A DNA stretch of 64,000 bases. Source: Candidatus Bathyarchaeota archaeon (GTDB taxonomy: Archaea > Thermoproteota > Bathyarchaeia > Bathyarchaeales > Bathyarchaeaceae). This document shows, piece after piece, positions 9,032-17,471 of the stretch. The notes beneath the pieces were generated by a model. The model saw nothing but the letters and a program-made list of their open reading frames with translations, did not search any database and was not told the DNA's origin. Positions within the stretch are counted from its first letter, which is position 1, and each line of letters begins with the position of its first letter. A program made the position numbers and the translations under genes. The DNA lies in assembly GCA_029882515.1 (NCBI GenBank), contig JAOUKN010000001.1, positions 5,298 through 69,297 on the forward strand, read 5' to 3'.

Positions 9032-9712
9032 TCAGGTGAGATCGGTAAATATCAATTCTCTTCTATTCTTGCCAACCATTCTAATCGCACCCATTTTTCT
9101 GAGACAATAAGTCATCTTTCGTGTTAGGTAAAGGGGGATTCCTGTTAGATCTGCAAGGCTTCGGTTAGTGAATGGTCTTTCAAGGTCATTTGGCAAAAAT
9201 CTGCGAAAATCAACTTCATCCTTCAGAAAAACTCTATCCCTGACATCAATCAATTTTCTGTCTTTAATGCTTACTCCCCTTCTTCTCCAGCTTCCCTTGC
9301 CATCGTTACATCTTATCTCTTCTTCCTCAATCATCAAAACGTCCAACGAAAAATTCTCTCTAGCAATCAGATTAGGGATACTCACTAGCTCATAGAATAG
9401 ATCAACCAGCTTTCTCTTTCTCGGAGACTTTCTCTTACTTATTAATTCGCTTGACTCTGTAGTTCGAACTATCCATTTCCTCTCTGGAATGGGATACACT
9501 AGTCGGACTTCATGATTTTCAACCAAACTTGAAAGTTTCCTTTTAATAGCCCGAAAACTCTTGGTTTGAACTTCAATCAGAAGACTTCCCCTTAAAATGT
9601 CAATGATGAACCCATCTATCCTAGCCTCAAATCTGTCTTCTGGAAGTGAATACCACTCTTTGATCGCTGAATGAAGTAAATGTTCGTTCATTATTCCCCG
9701 AATAGATGACAT
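9032..9712 (-). CDS. PD-(D/E)xK nuclease-like protein with a C-terminal wHTH-like domain
   Basis: IDGFIIDIL..LLIEVQTKSF resembles a D..ExK core. The basic C-terminal part is helix-rich. Family not named. Confidence 0.45.
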   Translation of the reverse strand: MSSIRGIMNEHLLHSAIKEWYSLPEDRFEARIDGFIIDILRGSLLIEVQTKSFRAIKRKLSSLVENHEVRLVYPIPERKWIVRTTESSELISKRKSPRKRKLVDLFYELVSIPNLIARENFSLDVLMIEEEEIRCNDGKGSWRRRGVSIKDRKLIDVRDRVFLKDEVDFRRFLPNDLERPFTNRSLADLTGIPLYLTRKMTYCLRKMGAIRMVGKNRRELIFTDLT

Positions 9713-9891
9713 GGGATAATAGCATTGTTAACACTAAGGAATATACATCAAAAGGTATTGGCGCGTGCCTTTCACTTCCAAGAACTCTGCAGTAGAACCG
9801 ATCTGATACTAAAGATTTGGGAAAGAATCCTCTACCCAAACCAAAAAAAGGGAGTTGTGCGGGAGACATCTCCACATGCCTTTGGTTTATT

Positions 9892-9905
9892 TGCGCGCGC
9901 GTGTA
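9892..9905. repeat. (CG)4.5 tract in a 14-nt alternating run (tGCGCGCGCGtgta)
   Basis: Read directly. It lies 51-64 nt downstream of the stop of 9956..10375(-). Confidence 0.9.
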
Positions 9906-9931
9906 GTATTCTGGACTCGCTTAGAGGAGAG

Positions 9932-9956
9932 GTGCGTGCGCATAGTATGTGTGCAT
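9932..9956. repeat. Two alternating Pu-Py runs (gtgcgtgcgcata, tatgtgtgcat)
   Basis: Read directly. They directly abut the stop of 9956..10375(-). Confidence 0.85.
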
Positions 9957-10375
9957 TAAGGAGGAGTTGGCGTTCCCGGCTGTAAGTTAAGGTTTTCAAC
10001 ATATCCGTCTATCGTGTATGCTCCGTCCGCCGCGTATTCCTTGTGAAAAGGAATATAGAGGTATTGGTAATTATCGTTCCACCCTGTGCAATCGCCAGAA
10101 TCCCAAACTATAGTTCCGCTATGGGAACCTGTTCTAAGCGCTAGCCTAAACGTTGAGCCAATTTTCGTGACAGTAACGTAATAGGTGGTTCCCACATCCA
10201 TATAGATGCCTGTAAACCTGCTTGATGCCGCAAAGCTATCAACGTCATTATGCAATGCCATAAACGTGACATAGTATTTTGTGTCATCGCTTGGCTTTTT
10301 CATAATGTAATAGAAAAGTCTGTCATCATGATGCGGATATGGATGGTCATTCGAGACAGCATAAGGAAACACCAT
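9956..10375 (-). CDS. Hypothetical beta-rich protein, 139 aa
   Basis: Track ORF with an aromatic- and Gly-rich sequence. No family recognised. Confidence 0.5.
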   Translation of the reverse strand: MVFPYAVSNDHPYPHHDDRLFYYIMKKPSDDTKYYVTFMALHNDVDSFAASSRFTGIYMDVGTTYYVTVTKIGSTFRLALRTGSHSGTIVWDSGDCTGWNDNYQYLYIPFHKEYAADGAYTIDGYVENLNLQPGTPTPP

Positions 10376-10402
10376 AAGGCTATATAGAGCAGGGTCGTTT
10401 CC

Positions 10403-10433
10403 TGCGCGCGCGCGGATCCTTCTTCGCGCGCGC
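10403..10433. repeat. Paired tracts (CG)5.5 and (CG)4.5 separated by gatccttctt; potential 9-bp all-GC hairpin
   Basis: GCGCGCGCGCG at 10404-10414 and CGCGCGCGC at 10425-10433. They lie between the stop of 10501..11469(-) and the start of 9956..10375(-). Confidence 0.9.
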
Positions 10434-10494
10434 CAAGTGTATTAGTCCATGTTGAAATTTGTGCGGGCGCATCTTGAAGACGCCTTGGGGGTTC

Positions 10495-10500
10495 CGCGCG
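10495..10500. repeat. (CG)3 tract
   Basis: CGCGCG directly abuts the stop codon (10501-10503) of the ArsR-like gene. Confidence 0.85.
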
Positions 10501-11469
10501 TTACTGAAATCTTTCAGATACAAGATCCCCTAGCAGAGTTAATTTCCCTTGCTTTGTTAAACCCATACGTTCAAATTTTGGGATCAATTCCTTTTCGTTG
10601 GTATATTTGCGCGCCTGTCCCATAGCGATTCCCTTTAGGGCATCAATGGCTTTAGGTCTCCCTTTTATCCATTTGTAGAGCTCTTCAACCTTGCTCGCAC
10701 GAGTAGGTGCTCTTTCCCAATAGTATTGGAATAAATCCTCACACCATGTGTGTGCTCTTTCATCTGTGGCTGTGAACCCAAGATAGTCAAATTTTTCATC
10801 TGGGAGTGGGAAGGCGACCCCTGCTACTTCTCTCTCCGACATGGAAAGGAATACGTCTAGCCGCTCTAATATCCTCTCTTCCAGAAAATCTGCAATCCTA
10901 GCTCTATCAAAGGCCTCCCTGTCGTCAGGGAGATAATGATAGCGGTAATAGTCAATAGGCTCTATGTTTCTTACGCTCACCTTCCGTTCAACTGCTTCTC
11001 TGAATAAGGGGATAGTGTTAACGAGGTATTGATCAGCAATTGTCCAGATATACTCCTCCGCCTCACGCATCATCTTCTCAATGTCATAAAAAGCGACCAT
11101 AATGTTATCTGTACGGTGTGCATCTGCCAATTCACCTATTCTACACAAAAACTGAGAAGGAACATGAGCCAGAGTGTGGGAAGTGAAATAGTCATTGTGC
11201 TGCGATATGAATCTTAATCCCCCAAGTTGTTTCAAGACAACTTCGCCATAAAAGGTCACATGATGTAGACCTTCAACGTCCTTCTGAGTTAATCCAACAT
11301 CGCTTAATCGGGAAACGTGTCTGCTTGTCTCTTGAGTAGTGAGATCCAACGCCTTTGAGAGACGTGTGACATTCATTGCCTTCTTGTCCAATTGATAGAG
11401 TATTCTAAGTCGGTCCTCGTTTGAGAGCTCGAACAACAAGTTACAGAACTTCTCCAACACAAACACCAA
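10501..11469 (-). CDS. ArsR-type wHTH transcriptional regulator with a large C-terminal domain
   Basis: NEDRLRILYQLDKKAMNVTRLSKALDLTTQETSRHVSRLSDVGL is a typical HTH_20/ArsR pattern. 322 aa. Confidence 0.75.
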   Translation of the reverse strand: MVFVLEKFCNLLFELSNEDRLRILYQLDKKAMNVTRLSKALDLTTQETSRHVSRLSDVGLTQKDVEGLHHVTFYGEVVLKQLGGLRFISQHNDYFTSHTLAHVPSQFLCRIGELADAHRTDNIMVAFYDIEKMMREAEEYIWTIADQYLVNTIPLFREAVERKVSVRNIEPIDYYRYHYLPDDREAFDRARIADFLEERILERLDVFLSMSEREVAGVAFPLPDEKFDYLGFTATDERAHTWCEDLFQYYWERAPTRASKVEELYKWIKGRPKAIDALKGIAMGQARKYTNEKELIPKFERMGLTKQGKLTLLGDLVSERFQ

Positions 11470-11871
11470 CTATTGATCAATCTTGAATTTCCTCGGCGAT
11501 ACTAACATTCCCACATTGTTCTTAACTTCCTCTATCAGATATTAATGTTCCCAAACTCTTCTTGCGGAGACTTTATCACAAAAGTCTTGGATGTTTGATA
11601 GTAGGTGAAGAAAAATGGGAAATGGAAAAATGAGTTTGAACAGATTGAAAATACAGAAGGTGCTTCGATTGGTTGGAATGAACGGAGGTTTTGAGCAGTC
11701 ATCGGGTCTCCAACAACAAGTTGTTCATGGAGGCGTCTCTTCAGGCAACTATCACAACAATTGGAAGGAAATCGAAGCTGCTTCATTAGAAGCAGAATAC
11801 AATAAAGCGAAAGCACTAATGGAACTGCAGAAACGATTTATCTGTTAAAAGTCGCCACTGTCACAGAAAAA

Positions 11872-11882
11872 ACACACGCGCG
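11872..11882. repeat. Alternating run acacaCGCGCG
   Basis: Read directly. It lies 18 nt upstream of ORF 11900..12145. Confidence 0.85.
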
Positions 11883-11899
11883 AAATTGCGGATGAAAAA

Positions 11900-12145
11900 A
11901 TGGAACACACATTCTCTATAGAGATCAGGTCAAGGATGCATGTCAAGTCAATAGAATACTGTTGCTCAAGCAAGTCCAACGACCGGGTGTTGTTCGAGGG
12001 ATCTCTAGGTAAACTGGAAGAACTATCCATGGTCGAAGGCAAGGTTCTGGAGATAAAGGGTACAAATGGGATACTGAGAATAGATCTTAGCGAGGACATG
12101 CTGTGTAAGATGCTCTCTCATACGCACCCGCGCGCGAGACTTTAA
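11900..12145 (+). CDS. Possible small beta-rich protein, 81 aa
   Basis: Track ORF. The sequence looks protein-like (VLFEGSLGKLEELSMVEGKVLEIKGTNGILRIDLSEDML). Its last codons (PRARL*) are encoded by the CG tract at 12129-12136. Confidence 0.3.
   Translation: MEHTFSIEIRSRMHVKSIEYCCSSKSNDRVLFEGSLGKLEELSMVEGKVLEIKGTNGILRIDLSEDMLCKMLSHTHPRARL
12129..12136. repeat. (CG)4 tract
   Basis: Read directly (cacCCGCGCGCGaga). Confidence 0.9.
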
Positions 12146-12300
12146 GTAGTTATTTAACGTTTCAAGCTATAGTATTTCAAATGAGAGAGAATTCCTATGA
12201 GAACAAAACCATGCAATCCCACGTTCTCAGTTCAAACGAGCAATATTTGGAATTGTCGATGGATAAATGTAAAAACACGGAAACACAGAACGAAGGGATT

Positions 12301-13203
12301 CTAGGATGCTTTACGAAGGAAGTTGGTGAGGATTGTCACTATCGTTTCGGGGCAATCTTCCTGTAACCAGTGGCTGGCGTCAGGCAACTCGTAGCTTTTC
12401 GTGCGAGGATACACTTTCTTCCACCAATCGAGTGTTCTTTTGGGAAAAATGGGGTCCTTCATTCCCCAGATTATGATTTTTTCTTTGTCCCTTAGGAGAT
12501 CCAAGTTCCGTTCAATTGAACGCATAGTCTTAGCGCTAGGATGGTCATCTCCGACTGGAATATCTCTCGGAAAAGCTATGGCTCCGATACAAGAAGCACG
12601 ATTCGGGAAAGGCGCTGTATAAGCACGAATCACAGTCTCACTTGGAGGTCCACTCACAAGGGTCGCTGCAAACATCCTTGGAATGAACGTCGCCATATTG
12701 CCGAGAACATCTTCGTAAATTCCTTTTTCTTCCATGTCAGAAATCCAAGTTTTTGCGCCTGCAGGTAAGACCCCTACCCCCGTATTCATAATTACCAACC
12801 GTTTTACCTTTTCAGGATGGGTGGTAGCAAAACCCAAGGATATAGGACCTCCCCAATCCTGACAGACCAGCGTGATATCTTTCAAATCCAATTCAAGGAG
12901 AAGTTTTCTGAAGTTGTCGATGTGTTGAGCCAAAATGTAAGGCTTATCTTGAGGAACATCACTTTTGCCAAAGCCCATATGGTCCGGAACTACTACACGG
13001 TTAAACTTGGATAAGGGTGTTATGAATTTTCGATATAAATAACCCCAAGTTGGTTCTCCATGAACACAAACCATGGGCTCCCCTTTTCCTTCATCAACAT
13101 AATGCATCTGAAAACCATTTATCTCTCTGAAGTTCGGCTTGAACGGAAACGTTCTATCAAAAGTCTCGTTACGAATATCCTCCTTCAAACAACCATTCTC
13201 CAC
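12301..13203 (-). CDS. Haloalkane dehalogenase-like alpha/beta hydrolase
   Basis: HGEPTWGYLYRKF and the nucleophile motif QDWGGPI. 300 aa. Confidence 0.85.
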   Translation of the reverse strand: MENGCLKEDIRNETFDRTFPFKPNFREINGFQMHYVDEGKGEPMVCVHGEPTWGYLYRKFITPLSKFNRVVVPDHMGFGKSDVPQDKPYILAQHIDNFRKLLLELDLKDITLVCQDWGGPISLGFATTHPEKVKRLVIMNTGVGVLPAGAKTWISDMEEKGIYEDVLGNMATFIPRMFAATLVSGPPSETVIRAYTAPFPNRASCIGAIAFPRDIPVGDDHPSAKTMRSIERNLDLLRDKEKIIIWGMKDPIFPKRTLDWWKKVYPRTKSYELPDASHWLQEDCPETIVTILTNFLRKAS

Positions 13204-13353
13204 ACACCCGTAACTGGTGCCTAGTTAAATCTCTTAGGTTTTCATTAGAGAGGAAAAATGAAGAGTTTGCGGGAGATAACCACACTCTATGTTGTGCGCA
13301 GATTAGTTTTGAACCCTACAGCATTCTTTTAACGTTGATTGTAATTCTTTAGG

Positions 13354-13363
13354 GCGCGCGTAT
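13354..13363. repeat. (CG)3.5 tract (GCGCGCGtat)
   Basis: Read directly. It lies 19 nt downstream of the stop of 13379..13642(-). Confidence 0.9.
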
Positions 13364-13378
13364 CAGTCACAAGAAATA

Positions 13379-13642
13379 TTAGAGCATCAGATCACTGATG
13401 GTGTGAAGGTGTTCGAGAAACTTCACGCCCTTCTGAGTGGTTGTATAAACTGTCTTCTCACCTTTCATGGTCTCCTGCAAGAGCCCAACGTCCAAAAGAA
13501 AAGCCATGTAGCCCTTCAACTGATCAAAACTCAAATTTGCCCCATACATAATGTGGGTCTTCAAGCACCCGTTCTTCGTCATCTCCAAAATCTCAGCCAT
13601 AATGTACGTTCGATTCCGGCGTTTATGCCCATCAGACACCAA
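13379..13642 (-). CDS. Small winged-helix DNA-binding protein (HTH_45-like)
   Basis: RTYIMAEILEMTKNGCLKTHIMYGANLSFDQLKGYMAFLLDVGLL. 87 aa, TTG/GTG start. Confidence 0.7.
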   Translation of the reverse strand: MVSDGHKRRNRTYIMAEILEMTKNGCLKTHIMYGANLSFDQLKGYMAFLLDVGLLQETMKGEKTVYTTTQKGVKFLEHLHTISDLML

Positions 13643-13683
13643 CTAGCTCTCCTGCAACACCATTCTGTAATTGTCTATGACAT

Positions 13684-13756
13684 TCTTAAGGAAGCGAATT
13701 CTAAAAAGGGGTACTCCTGCAACACTAATATTCTCCAAAGAAACTATTCGATTTGG
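13684..13756 (-). promoter_or_regulatory. 73-bp intergenic element, copy A (inverted relative to copy B at 32741-32813)
   Basis: Hand alignment gives 66/73 identical to 32741-32813. It ends 41 nt upstream of the start of 13379..13642(-). Confidence 0.7.
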
Positions 13757-13851
13757 TGCACAAAACAATGCGCACGCAGTCAAGCCAGTTCTCTATTCTG
13801 ATTCTTTTGGTGAAAAAGTGATAACGAAGCGCCCGCTTTCACCAATGGAAT

Positions 13852-14235
13852 TTAGAAGGCGGATGCTTTTTCCTTTAGCTCCTTTATCCTTTTCGTAAGT
13901 TCCGTCTGTTCCTTTTCTTTTCCTTGTGCTTTGTAACTGTCTAGAGCGTATTCGAGTGCACTGATGGCAAACCGGTCGAAGGCTTTCTTTAGGGCAAGGT
14001 CGGCTGCTTTGAGAAATCGTTCAGCGGCAGGGTCATACTCTTTAAGCAGATAGTTGCACTCCGCCGCCTTAAACAGAGCGTATGAAGCGTCGAAGTAGTT
14101 GCCTTCCTTTTCGTAGAGTTCGCTGGCCCTGAGAAATTTTTCCAACGCTTCATCATGTTTGCCAAGGTCAGAAAGGGCTGTGCCTTCCTTATGAATCTTG
14201 ATTGGGTCTTCTTTGGTTGGCTGCTCACTTTCCAT
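13852..14235 (-). CDS. TPR/SNAP-like helical repeat protein
   Basis: Repeating A..Y..A pattern (EALEKFLRASELYEKEGNYFDASYALFKAAECNY). 127 aa. Confidence 0.6.
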   Translation of the reverse strand: MESEQPTKEDPIKIHKEGTALSDLGKHDEALEKFLRASELYEKEGNYFDASYALFKAAECNYLLKEYDPAAERFLKAADLALKKAFDRFAISALEYALDSYKAQGKEKEQTELTKRIKELKEKASAF

Positions 14236-14483
14236 GCTTGATCCCTTTAACGGTTTGTTAACAATAGCTTACAAAGTTTATAAATTGTATTCCCATGCGA
14301 GAAAGGGTCGGTCACATGTTTCGTTGAAAGCGAGCTTTGTCGCGCTATAAACCTCATTGTATAGGCTTTTGTGAGACTTCCAATATTCATCTGGCTCCCC
14401 CGTAATTCCTAAGCGAAAATTTTTCAACCGACTCGTCTCAAATACCAAATCAGTCTCTTAGATGATTAAAAGGTGAACTGAAG

Positions 14484-15224
14484 GTGTTGAGCAGATTCAA
14501 AATTTGTGATGCGCACGTCCATCTGGGTAGGTCAGGACCGTGGCAACCCTACTCAAAGCCCACTATATTCGTGGAGGAATTAATCAACCTCTTCGATCAA
14601 TTCAACGTTGAAAGAGCCATTGTCTTCCCTAATCCAAACGTAGGCGATAAATATCCAGAAACAAACGATTACATCGCCCAATGCGTCAACAAATACCCTG
14701 ATCGTCTTGTAGGATTTGGACGCGTCGATCCGCGGAGAGGAAAAGACGCCATAGATGAAGTTATACGATTCAAAGAGAAGCTGGCTTTAACGGGGCTCAA
14801 GTTGCATCCTATGGTGGAATGCTTTAGACCTGACCACCTATTCTTTGACAAATTCTTTGCGAAGATGACTGAGTTGCGAGTGCCACTTCTCATTCACACC
14901 GGGAACGGCTTCTCATCTCCAGGGCTGATACTTAAGGTTGCCAAGAAATATCCAGACCTAACAATCATCTTTGGACATCTGAGAGAAGGTTGCATCAACG
15001 CACTGAAGCAATCAGAAAATATCTATGTAGAAACCTCAGGCACCCTCCCAGAATTCATAGAAATCTCAGTGGACATTGATGAAGATTGGGTTTTATTCGG
15101 CTCAGATGTGCCTTACTACCGTTATCCAGTGCAAATCGCTATAGTGGATGCTGCCAACATCTCTCAGAAAGCCAAACGAAAGGTATACTGCGAGAATTTC
15201 CAAAGACTGTTTACGGCCACATGA
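14484..15224 (+). CDS. Metal-dependent amidohydrolase (amidohydrolase_2 / TIM-barrel hydrolase)
   Basis: N-terminal CDAHVHLG, an internal LKLHP, and HTG / FGSD motifs. Confidence 0.8.
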   Translation: MLSRFKICDAHVHLGRSGPWQPYSKPTIFVEELINLFDQFNVERAIVFPNPNVGDKYPETNDYIAQCVNKYPDRLVGFGRVDPRRGKDAIDEVIRFKEKLALTGLKLHPMVECFRPDHLFFDKFFAKMTELRVPLLIHTGNGFSSPGLILKVAKKYPDLTIIFGHLREGCINALKQSENIYVETSGTLPEFIEISVDIDEDWVLFGSDVPYYRYPVQIAIVDAANISQKAKRKVYCENFQRLFTAT

Positions 15225-15733
15225 TTCAGTGCACGGAGAAAATGTTGTTAGCCGTTGAATCACTTCCCAGAAATGGAGTCTATACCCTTATCCTATTCCT
15301 GTTAAGGGAAACCAGCTTGAAAATCGGAGCGCTAGGCACTCGAAGATTTCCAAAGGGTTACTACACATATACCGGTTCGGCCTTAGGTCTCGGGTCCTCT
15401 AGTTTGAAACATCGTGTCTTAAGGCATTTGAAGAAGAAGAAACGGAGATTTTGGCACATTGACTATCTGCTGGGTCACAAAAATGTATACCTAACTGGGC
15501 TGGTTGCTGCCGCAACTGACACAAGAGCAGAGTGCAAAATAAATCGTTACATCAAAATAAAGGAAAACGGGAAAATCCCCGTTTCACATTTTGGTGCTTC
15601 TGATTGCAAGAAGAACTGTGGAAGTCACCTTCTCTATTTTGGTCAAGAAAACATTACGCCGAAGATCGCAACGCTGTACAAAAGCATGTTAGAAATCGAA
15701 CATATTACCGTTGATTTCACTGAAATGGTCTGA
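15221..15733 (+). CDS. GIY-YIG superfamily protein (DUF123 / Uri-like endonuclease)
   Basis: GVYTLILFL..IGALG...FPKGYYTYTGSA...RHL....KRRFWHIDYLL. The ATG at 15221 overlaps the upstream stop (ATGA). Confidence 0.7.
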   Translation: MIQCTEKMLLAVESLPRNGVYTLILFLLRETSLKIGALGTRRFPKGYYTYTGSALGLGSSSLKHRVLRHLKKKKRRFWHIDYLLGHKNVYLTGLVAAATDTRAECKINRYIKIKENGKIPVSHFGASDCKKNCGSHLLYFGQENITPKIATLYKSMLEIEHITVDFTEMV

Positions 15734-15784
15734 TTCACTATTTATAAGGCAAGTCCTTTACTATCCCCACACAAAGCAAGCAAG

Positions 15785-16255
15785 TTGGCGGTTCTCCTGT
15801 TTCTCAAAGTGAAGCCTGCAACCATAAACGACCTAGACGTGCTTCATGAAATTGAGAGAGAATGTTTTACCATAGAAGCTTTGCCCAAAGAGCAGATTGC
15901 TCGACTTTTGGAGAATCCCAACACCATAAGCTTAGGTGCGTGGATACTTGAGGAAGTTGCAGGCTTTATCATCGGTTCCATCGAAGATCTTGACGAAACA
16001 AAAGCTGGCCATGTATATACATTAGACATCGCGGTAAAACATCGAAGACAAGGGATTGGACTCAGGCTTCTTACGGAGTTGGAACGCATCTTTACTGCAA
16101 AAGGTGTGGAAACGTGCTATCTCGAGGTTGGTGTTGATAATGTGGCTGCGCGTGAACTTTATCGAAAGCAAGGTTATACAGAAGTTGATACGCTAAGCGA
16201 TTACTACCATAAAGGAGGTCATGGAGTTCGCCTCGTAAAGCGATTAAAGACGTAG
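15785..16255 (+). CDS. GNAT N-acetyltransferase (RimI/Ard1-like)
   Basis: VKHRRQGIGLRLL (acetyl-CoA Q/RxxGxG/A motif). The start is probably the GTG at 15809. Confidence 0.8.
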   Translation: MAVLLFLKVKPATINDLDVLHEIERECFTIEALPKEQIARLLENPNTISLGAWILEEVAGFIIGSIEDLDETKAGHVYTLDIAVKHRRQGIGLRLLTELERIFTAKGVETCYLEVGVDNVAARELYRKQGYTEVDTLSDYYHKGGHGVRLVKRLKT

Positions 16256-16293
16256 TCTGTAACAGGCAATTTCATGAGCCGTTATAGATTATC

Positions 16294-16746
16294 TCAACCA
16301 GATGTCTGTGGGTCTGCGTCGAAAGACAGTAGATAAAGGTTGGTCTTTTCATCTAGCTTTCGCTGCAACGTTACACCTGTATTCTCCATCAGGGTCAATT
16401 CTGCAGTCGCAGCTACAACGCAACCTGGCAACAAGTGTCCACCCAAGACTTCACCCTTTCTGTTCGAAACTGATAGGTGTGCGTGAACGACCAGTTCCTT
16501 TTCGTCTTTAAGCGAAATGTTTCCCATGCAAGAAACAATTTCTACGGGTTCATCGATGTGGATGGGTTCGTATTTGCCGTCCTGGTAAAATCCTAGTGTT
16601 GCCTTCTTTAGAGTACCAATGAGAACGAAGAACCCAGCCTTGGTTCCTGTCTGCTTTGCAGCGTCAGAGATGGCTTCAAGCAAGTCTTCATCTTCAAACA
16701 ATCTAGCGAAGATGACGACTCCAGGTTTTGATTTAAGTGTCTTCAC
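16294..16746 (-). CDS. PPC domain (DUF296) protein
   Basis: GTLKKATLGFY...EIVSCMGNIS...HAHLSV...GGHL pattern. GTG start. Confidence 0.7.
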   Translation of the reverse strand: MKTLKSKPGVVIFARLFEDEDLLEAISDAAKQTGTKAGFFVLIGTLKKATLGFYQDGKYEPIHIDEPVEIVSCMGNISLKDEKELVVHAHLSVSNRKGEVLGGHLLPGCVVAATAELTLMENTGVTLQRKLDEKTNLYLLSFDADPQTSG

Positions 16747-16749
16747 TTT

Positions 16750-17382
16750 TTATAATTCCTCCATTACACTTTTTTTGGGGCCAAATAACAATGCCAAGAA
16801 GACTCCAGAAATGAATCCTCCTAAATGAGCCGAGTGAGCGACATACGGTAACCCTCCTGAAACAAAATAAGCTGTTTCCATGACAATTAGTAGAAAGACA
16901 AAGATGATGGCAGGGAGGGGAATCGGGATGAAACCGAAAAAGGCTATCACTCTTCGAAAAGGAAAAAGCGTAGCGTAAGCCGCGAGAATACCGAAGATTG
17001 CCCCCGAAGCCCCAATAGTCGGGGTATACGATGCACTATCAAGGAAGGCGTGGAAGAGTCCAGCGACAATTCCAGAGAGCAGATAGAAAGCCAAAAAACG
17101 AGAACTGCCGATAGCTCGTTCACAGTCGTAGCCAACGAACAAAAAGACAAGCATATTCAAGAGTAAGTGAAGGATGTCTCCATGTAAAAACATGGATGTC
17201 AACAAAGTATGAAGATATTCTCCCTGTACAACTAGAGCAGGGATCAGCCCGAAATTCCAGATGTAATAGTCAGGATTCTGAAGTTCCAGAAAGTAGATGA
17301 AAAGGTTAGTGGTTATCAACAAGTAAGTGATACCCAGAATCTTAGAAGCCAAACATCTTTCTCCTCTAACAACTCGCTCCAT
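16750..17382 (-). CDS. Rhomboid-family intramembrane serine protease
   Basis: GASGAIFGILAAY (catalytic Ser) and HSAHLGGFISG (catalytic His). Six TM helices. Confidence 0.85.
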   Translation of the reverse strand: MERVVRGERCLASKILGITYLLITTNLFIYFLELQNPDYYIWNFGLIPALVVQGEYLHTLLTSMFLHGDILHLLLNMLVFLFVGYDCERAIGSSRFLAFYLLSGIVAGLFHAFLDSASYTPTIGASGAIFGILAAYATLFPFRRVIAFFGFIPIPLPAIIFVFLLIVMETAYFVSGGLPYVAHSAHLGGFISGVFLALLFGPKKSVMEEL

Positions 17383-17441
17383 TTATCAAGCAACTGTTAA
17401 AATGCTTTTGGTAAAGACAACACTAGTGCTACCGGCTACTT

Positions 17442-17452
17442 CGTGCGCGCAT
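17442..17452. repeat. Alternating run cgtGCGCGCat
   Basis: Read directly. It lies 20-30 nt downstream of the stop of 17472..18248(-). Confidence 0.85.
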
Positions 17453-17471
17453 TTGGCGTTTCCACTAATTT

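Noticed and set aside
401-13363. Classical integron (attC-bounded cassettes).
   Set aside because: There is no IntI-like integrase, and no 60-120-bp imperfect palindromes with RYYYAAC/GTTRRRY cores. The boundary elements are simple (CG)n tracts, so it is reported only as cassette-like.
13632-13642. The 9-mer atgcccatc is shared at the starts of 13379..13642(-) and 32858(+), as an extension of the 73-bp repeat.
   Set aside because: Its orientation is opposite to that of the 73-bp element, and the match is only 9 nt. It is most likely coincidence.
16744-16752. Rhomboid and PPC genes lie in the same frame separated by TAA plus one codon, suggesting read-through or fusion.
   Set aside because: TAA is not a known recoding signal here. 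The PPC gene has its own GTG start, and the two domains are unrelated. This is simply tight packing.
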